Below, piece by piece: positions 33,838 through 38,486 of a stretch of DNA of 38,486 nucleotides. This DNA comes from Candidatus Doudnabacteria bacterium (GTDB taxonomy: Bacteria; Patescibacteriota; Doudnabacteria; UBA920). Position 1 is the first letter of the stretch; each line of letters starts with the position of its first letter. Below the pieces are notes generated by a model. That model saw only the letters and a program-made list of their open reading frames with translations, did no database searches and was not told the origin of the DNA. The position numbers and the translations under genes were made by a program. The DNA lies in the NCBI GenBank assembly GCA_023245955.1, contig JAHFJI010000003.1, forward strand, positions 1 through 38,486. The letters run 5' to 3'.

Positions 33838-34233
33838 TTACGACTCCGTAGCCGTGCCGTCGAAGACTTGCTCGGTTCGTATAGCCTCTGCCTTTGTAGC
33901 TTGGACCTCACCATCTTTGTGGTCTGGTGGAGCATAGAGAGTGTAGAGCTTCATGGGCTCCTCACCAGTATTTATTATATTGTGCCTTACCCCCTGCGGC
34001 ACCACCACAGCAGACCCATCGCCAATTTCGTGTTCCACACCATTGAGCACAGCCTTGCCGGTCCCTGCATCTAGCCGGATAAACTGGTCAAGCTCGTGCA
34101 CTTCTTCGCCTATTTCTTCTCCAGGCAACAGGCTCATGAGTACCAGTTGAATGTTCTTTGCCGTGTACAAAACTTTGCGAAAATTATTATTCTCCTTAGA
34201 AGCCTGTTCTATGTTTATTATGTATCCGTTCAT
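33838..34233 (-). CDS. Cupin domain protein
   Basis: NNNFRKVLYT...QLVLMSL.PGEEIGEEVH..DQF...HNIINTG..PMKLYTLYAPP.H. Confidence 0.9.
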   Translation of the reverse strand: MNGYIINIEQASKENNNFRKVLYTAKNIQLVLMSLLPGEEIGEEVHELDQFIRLDAGTGKAVLNGVEHEIGDGSAVVVPQGVRHNIINTGEEPMKLYTLYAPPDHKDGEVQATKAEAIRTEQVFDGTATES

Positions 34234-34307
34234 ATAAATAGCGGTTAGTCCGCCCAAGAGGCGGATTAATAATTTAAGTGATGGTTATAAGGTAGAAAGT
34301 TGGCATA

Positions 34308-34598
34308 TCACCTACTCCCCAGTGCTATGTATGCTAAATAGATAAGCAGGGTTTGTTCAAACAAGAGCAGACCTATACCTACTGGGAAATATAGTTTTTG
34401 AGTCTTGTGACGAAATACGTACATACCAAGCAGTACTCCAAATGATGCAAAAAACACCGAAAGGAAAAAGAAATAGACTTCTGGGAATCGCTCCGCACGA
34501 GCCACACTTCTCGCCTTGTCCTGCCCCACCAGCACAAAACCCACTAAGTTAAGCAAGCAAAACACGCCAATAATTACCCAACCGTAAGTCTCTATCAT
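34308..34598 (-). CDS. DUF1294 family membrane protein
   Basis: N..GF...G.DK..S....RFPE...GMYVFRHKTQK..F. Confidence 0.88.
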   Translation of the reverse strand: MIETYGWVIIGVFCLLNLVGFVLVGQDKARSVARAERFPEVYFFFLSVFFASFGVLLGMYVFRHKTQKLYFPVGIGLLLFEQTLLIYLAYIALGSR

Positions 34599-34619
34599 GC
34601 CCTAAGTATACCACCCCCA

Positions 34620-34666
34620 TGTCAAAGATGACCATTGACAGTTACTGTCAATGGTCATCTTTGACA
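34620..34666. repeat. 47-bp perfect palindrome (TGTCAAAG...CTTTGACA family)
   Basis: 23-bp arms with a 1-nt centre; ends shared with 38204-38226. Confidence 0.9.
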
Positions 34667-34684
34667 CTTGGAAATTTTAAGAGA

Positions 34685-34990
34685 TTACACACAAACCGAC
34701 ACTACGATACTTACTATTTTTCCTACTGAAACATTTTCTTTCTTCCGAACTTCAGCCTTAAGTGGAAATAAAAAAGTACCAGTTTTTTTATCTGGAAAAA
34801 TGGAAGTCTTCCAGGTAGTAGCACCAATAGTCACTGCTACCGGAAACGAGCCCCAGCCTCTTTCTAAGCCCGCATACAAACCGTTAATCTGCTTGGCAAT
34901 TTTTACTGGCACACTTACAAAGTGCCAGGCAGAATCATCCTCATATAACCAAACCTTGGCCTTAAATGTAAATTTCGCATCGTACATCAT
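34685..34990 (-). CDS. DUF1905 family protein
   Basis: FKAKVWLY...WHFV.VP, GWGS.PV..TIG.T.W.TSIFPD....PLKA.VRK.E. Confidence 0.88.
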   Translation of the reverse strand: MMYDAKFTFKAKVWLYEDDSAWHFVSVPVKIAKQINGLYAGLERGWGSFPVAVTIGATTWKTSIFPDKKTGTFLFPLKAEVRKKENVSVGKIVSIVVSVCV

Positions 34991-35256
34991 AATGTTTGCT
35001 CTAAAAATATCTCCAAAGCACCGTCGCCACCATCCGAGATTTTGGACATGTGGAATCTTACACCGCGCTGCTTTAAGTAGCTTTGCACAAACGTACGCAG
35101 CACCGGTCCATTACGTAAGTCTCCCTTACCGGTAATAATCCGCACATGTCGATACTTGCGCTCTTTTAGTAATAGGTCGAGCACAATACGCGCCTCCCTA
35201 GTAGTATGCCCATGCAAATCCATTGCATGCTCTGGTTTTTGTTCATACTTGTTCAT
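34987..35256 (-). CDS. Smr/MutS2 C-terminal domain protein
   Basis: DLHG, IITGKG, GGDGAL. Confidence 0.92.
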   Translation of the reverse strand: MNKYEQKPEHAMDLHGHTTREARIVLDLLLKERKYRHVRIITGKGDLRNGPVLRTFVQSYLKQRGVRFHMSKISDGGDGALEIFLEQTL

Positions 35257-35301
35257 GAATTATTTTATATAACCATTTTAGCTAATACGTTATACCTGGT
35301 T

Positions 35302-36318
35302 TTACCAAATCTTATCAACAAACTCTTCGCTCCCGTGTCTATGAAAGTACTTTAAGTATAAAATGTTACCAGATAAAAACTTGTCCGGTCTAAAGTCATA
35401 GTTTTTATAATGTTCACGCTCTATCCACAAAGATAATATGTGCCTATAGTACGAAATCTGAACCGCGGATATGATTTCGCTTTTTGGTATAGTATATACA
35501 TTACAATAGGCGCTGAGATATATATGCGCACGTCTAAAATTTTTAATATTGAACTCTTCTGAAAAGAATATAATATTTATAGACCTCACTACTTCAAATG
35601 CCCGTGGCTGTATATCCGATTTTTCAAAATCAAATACATGGGAAACTGTGTTGTCGGGATTAAAAAAGACATTACGTTGATGAAAATCTCCGTGTAAAAA
35701 ATGAGGTTTCCCTAGCTTGCGCATGTTAAAGGCAATAGGCATATCGTTTAGTAACCTTAACTTCAACACAAGCCCTCTCTCTGCCTGCAAATCAAACTGT
35801 GTCTTTCTCTTTTTTGCACGGATAATGGCCAACATCTCGTTTGCGCCTAAGACAAAATCTTGTTTAAGCTTCTTTACATAGCCAGCACTCCAAGGTGTTA
35901 CGCCAACAGAAGCAACCTTCGGCAACCTCTGCCTGCTCAGGCCGTGCATATGCGCTAACATGCGAGCCACGTTCTGTATTTGCTGAGTGTTAAGCTCATG
36001 CCCATTTACAACCTGCTTGCTGTTTATATAAGGAAACAAGGCATACGCATCCTTTCCCAGTTTTACATAGGTTACACCACTCTTTGTAGGCAAGGGTAAC
36101 ACTACCGGCACACCATATTTATAAAATATCTGTTTTGCTTGGTGGACATATTGTACCCGACCTGCCACCGTAACACGATAGTGCTTTAAAAAATACTTAA
36201 CCCCAGACGCCTGCACAATATAGTTATTACTAAGCACTCCATGCTTAACCCTCCCAACCAGCTTTAAACCTTTAAGCCCATACGCCTTAGCTAACTTGTT
36301 TAATAATTCTATATCCAT
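35302..36318 (-). CDS. APH/homoserine kinase type II-like phosphotransferase
   Basis: G..SNNY, YFLK.Y, LA.MH, HGDF...NV, FDFE. Confidence 0.88.
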   Translation of the reverse strand: MDIELLNKLAKAYGLKGLKLVGRVKHGVLSNNYIVQASGVKYFLKHYRVTVAGRVQYVHQAKQIFYKYGVPVVLPLPTKSGVTYVKLGKDAYALFPYINSKQVVNGHELNTQQIQNVARMLAHMHGLSRQRLPKVASVGVTPWSAGYVKKLKQDFVLGANEMLAIIRAKKRKTQFDLQAERGLVLKLRLLNDMPIAFNMRKLGKPHFLHGDFHQRNVFFNPDNTVSHVFDFEKSDIQPRAFEVVRSINIIFFSEEFNIKNFRRAHIYLSAYCNVYTIPKSEIISAVQISYYRHILSLWIEREHYKNYDFRPDKFLSGNILYLKYFHRHGSEEFVDKIW

Positions 36319-36329
36319 ACTGTGAACAA

Positions 36330-36695
36330 CTAAAGTTTTTTATAAGCCTCATAACCACCTATTACATCACATACATTTGCAAAGCCCTGTATGTGCATAA
36401 TTCTCCCTGCTCTTCTGCTACGCACGCCTGTTTTGCAATACAAAACATACTTCCCCGACTTATCTAGTTTGGCTATATTACGTGCAAAGTCTGGATTGTA
36501 AAAATCTACCAGCACGGCACCAGACACGTGCCCAGCCTCATACTCAGCCTTAGTACGCACATCCAGCACTTGCCAGCCTGCTTTAACTAGTTCATCTAAC
36601 TGACTCACCCCAACCCTCTCACCTCTACCAAGCACATACCAGTAAACTATAAACGCACCAGCCACCCCCAAAACAATGTAAATAATATTATGCAT
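36330..36695 (-). CDS. Rhodanese-like domain protein with N-terminal TM
   Basis: LDVRT..EY..GH..GA, YCKTGVRS, GGY. Confidence 0.92.
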   Translation of the reverse strand: MHNIIYIVLGVAGAFIVYWYVLGRGERVGVSQLDELVKAGWQVLDVRTKAEYEAGHVSGAVLVDFYNPDFARNIAKLDKSGKYVLYCKTGVRSRRAGRIMHIQGFANVCDVIGGYEAYKKL

Positions 36696-36712
36696 AAGTT
36701 TTTTAAGCTACC

Positions 36713-36748
36713 AATCATTCTGACATTCTGCAGAATGTCAGAATGATT
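36713..36748. repeat. Palindrome family B, perfect 36 bp (contains the ArsR stop codon)
   Basis: aatcattctgacattctg|cagaatgtcagaatgatt. Confidence 0.9.
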
Positions 36749-37025
36749 TAGCAAAGGTAAAGAATCTTTTACCATATGGCGAAAGCGAATGCGCCACAGA
36801 TCTACCCACGTACTTTTTATTCACTAGACCAGAGCCAACTAGCTTTTTAACATGCTCAGAAATAGTCTTTAAATTGCAACCCAAAGTCTTAGCTATTTCG
36901 TCTAAGGTAATACCACTATTCCTACCAACCAAAAACAATATTTCTAAGCGCCTATGATTAGCGACCCCCTTAAAATACCGTTCTAACTGCTTGGGTGTTT
37001 TGTCACCTTTCACTTTTTGTTCCAT
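36738..37025 (-). CDS. ArsR-family winged-HTH regulator
   Basis: KTPKQLERYFKGVANHRRLEIL...ITLDEIA..L....TISEH.KKL..SGLV.K.Y.GR.V.H.LSPYG; start set to ATG 37025. Confidence 0.9.
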   Translation of the reverse strand: MEQKVKGDKTPKQLERYFKGVANHRRLEILFLVGRNSGITLDEIAKTLGCNLKTISEHVKKLVGSGLVNKKYVGRSVAHSLSPYGKRFFTFAKSF

Positions 37026-37039
37026 ATACTCATTATATA

Positions 37040-37071
37040 ACATTCTCACATTCTGCAGAATGTGAGAATGT
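37040..37071. repeat. Palindrome family B, perfect 32 bp
   Basis: acattctcacattctg|cagaatgtgagaatgt; compensatory change relative to the 36713 copy. Confidence 0.9.
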
Positions 37072-37201
37072 CTTGACCAAACGGCGGACACGTACCCTGC
37101 GGACTTACTTGCCACAAGGTTATTAAATTCACCCTTGAAGCTACCGCCAAAAAAGTCTCCGCGGTGGTAAACCCGTGCAGGTCAATTATCCTATCCGGTT
37201 T

Positions 37202-37547
37202 TTACTGGTATTTATTCATAATCTCTTTTTTAGGCTTGGGTGCAGGTAGAGCCTTGGTAGTTACGCGAACAAGTTCGTACACCAACTTCTGGTCTTCTAA
37301 CATGTCCCCCGCTTATGTGCATAGGCGGTTTAGCTCCCGGGTACGGAAATCCCTCTTGGTACTGCTTGCCTATAAACTGCTTGCCCGGCTCGGTAACTTT
37401 TACAAATAACTCATCGTCGCAGACCAAAGCCACCACCTTGTCCTGGCAGTACACTGCGTACTCTCCAAACATCTTCCTTGCTCGCACGTCCCGCACCCCA
37501 CTGAGTTGGTCCAATATGTACTCAATTGTAGATTCTTTAGTTGCCAT
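37202..37547 (-). pseudogene. TfoX/Sxy N-terminal domain protein with a 1-bp frameshift near the C-terminus
   Basis: RKMFGEY..Y...V.ALVCDD.LFVK...PYPGAKP. Removing one G from the G5 run (37306-37310) gives GDMLEDQKLVYELVRVTTKALPAPKPKK, a typical end. Confidence 0.75.
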
Positions 37548-37565
37548 GGTAATGCGCGCTCTTTA

Positions 37566-38180
37566 CTATAGTTTTTTCTCTCTACCCCACAGCTTGTGAA
37601 CAAAAAAGAACGCAGCTATTGCGCAGAGAGCGCCAAGGGTATCTGCCAGCATGTCTTTTTGCGCATCCCAGATGTCCCCCTGACTACCCAAGTACGCTGC
37701 ACCCGCTTCCGGTGCCGCACCTGCCGCATATACCCACTCCACCAACTCGTAAGCCATAGCAATAGTGGCTATAACAAATACCGGGTAGGTAAACAACAAA
37801 AACTAGTTAGCCACCAACTTCCGCAGGTACAGCCATTCCGCTATGGCAAACGCGTAAAAGCCCACACTAAAGTGTGCCATCCGGTCAAAGTGGTTTCGGG
37901 CAAAGTGAAACGTGTCGGTTACCCAACCAAACGGCACCAGGGCGAACGTATAATGTCCGCCGATAGTGTGGAGGTATATAAGCACGAACATCAGTGCGTA
38001 AGCAAAATTAGAAAACCGCACTCTACGCCAATATAAAAGCAAAATTGCGCCTAAAATAATCCAGACTGTTAAGTTCTCCGCAAACCAGGTTCCCCGCTCC
38101 ACAGGGTTCACCGCCAACACCGTAAACAAAACCGCATACGTCCCCACCAGCCACCACAAAACATTTGATTTTTCTTTCAT
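37566..38180 (-). pseudogene. DUF2238 (YjdF-like) membrane protein interrupted by an in-frame TAG (37803-37805)
   Basis: W.AEN, LHTIGGHYTF..VP, RNHFDR.AHF..G, then * and same-frame YEL.EW...LGSQGDIWDAQKDM. Confidence 0.88.
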
Positions 38181-38203
38181 ACTTATATTTTACTACTTCC
38201 AAT

Positions 38204-38226
38204 GTGTCAAAGGAAATCTTTGACAC
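38204..38226. repeat. GTGTCAAAG-N5-CTTTGACAC REP-like palindrome
   Basis: 9-bp perfect arms; same ends as 34620-34666. Confidence 0.7.
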
Positions 38227-38291
38227 GAACATTTTATTTTGTGAATTATGTATTATTACATGCTAAAAGGGTAACCCTTTTTGGGTACAAT

Positions 38292-38465
38292 ATGCCACTA
38301 CTATACCCAAACCAAAACAAAAAAGCCAACGGGCAACCGCCCAGTGGCTTCTTTTACAAAACAAACGTGCCGAAGGTGACCATTTGCATAGTGATAGTCC
38401 TCTGTCTTGCCTTTATTTCTTTTCTGTATGTGCCAAGCAAGACGAATACCCCAAACGCTAACTAA
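38292..38465 (+). CDS. Small membrane-anchored ORF, possibly the truncated start of a longer gene
   Basis: TACAAT directly before the ATG; one TM; ends 21 nt from the window edge. Confidence 0.35.
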   Translation: MPLLYPNQNKKANGQPPSGFFYKTNVPKVTICIVIVLCLAFISFLYVPSKTNTPNAN

Positions 38466-38486
38466 AAGTCCTACCAAAAGTCCACG

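Noticed and set aside
33418-37805. Stop-codon reassignment explaining the in-frame stops in msrA and DUF2238
   Set aside because: The two stops differ (TAA, TAG), and TAA, TAG and TGA all end conserved genes at expected positions in this window.

Overview
Bacterial chromosomal window with features typical of a small-genome Patescibacteria (CPR) organism; this is an inference from the few Shine-Dalgarno sites, tandem-domain ThyX, non-canonical EF-P loop and repeat types. Housekeeping content: 3' end of trpS, ychF, rpsF-ssb-rpsR-efp, two TrxB-family reductases, rsmC, HtrA protease, an ECF sigma/anti-sigma module, rlmI, trhO, tRNA-Glu(TTC) and dcd-dut-tmk-thyX. The main result is a ~7.4 kb element (1565-8955) inserted at a GG dinucleotide in codon 6 of ychF by a large serine recombinase. 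Both junctions can be reconstructed. The orphaned native start (MSFQIGIA*) is at 1550. The element supplies a new ychF start, and attP lies inside the integrase gene, so excision would swap a 13-aa integrase tail for a 41-aa tail. Cargo includes an OLD-like ABC-ATPase/TOPRIM protein, a small-terminase-like ORF, an excisionase missed by the ORF track and two structured non-coding regions. The rest of the window has several distinct palindromic or periodic repeat families. Two ArsR genes are each bracketed by their own palindrome pair, and two repeats sit in-frame inside rsmC and ychF. Five accessory genes appear recently broken.
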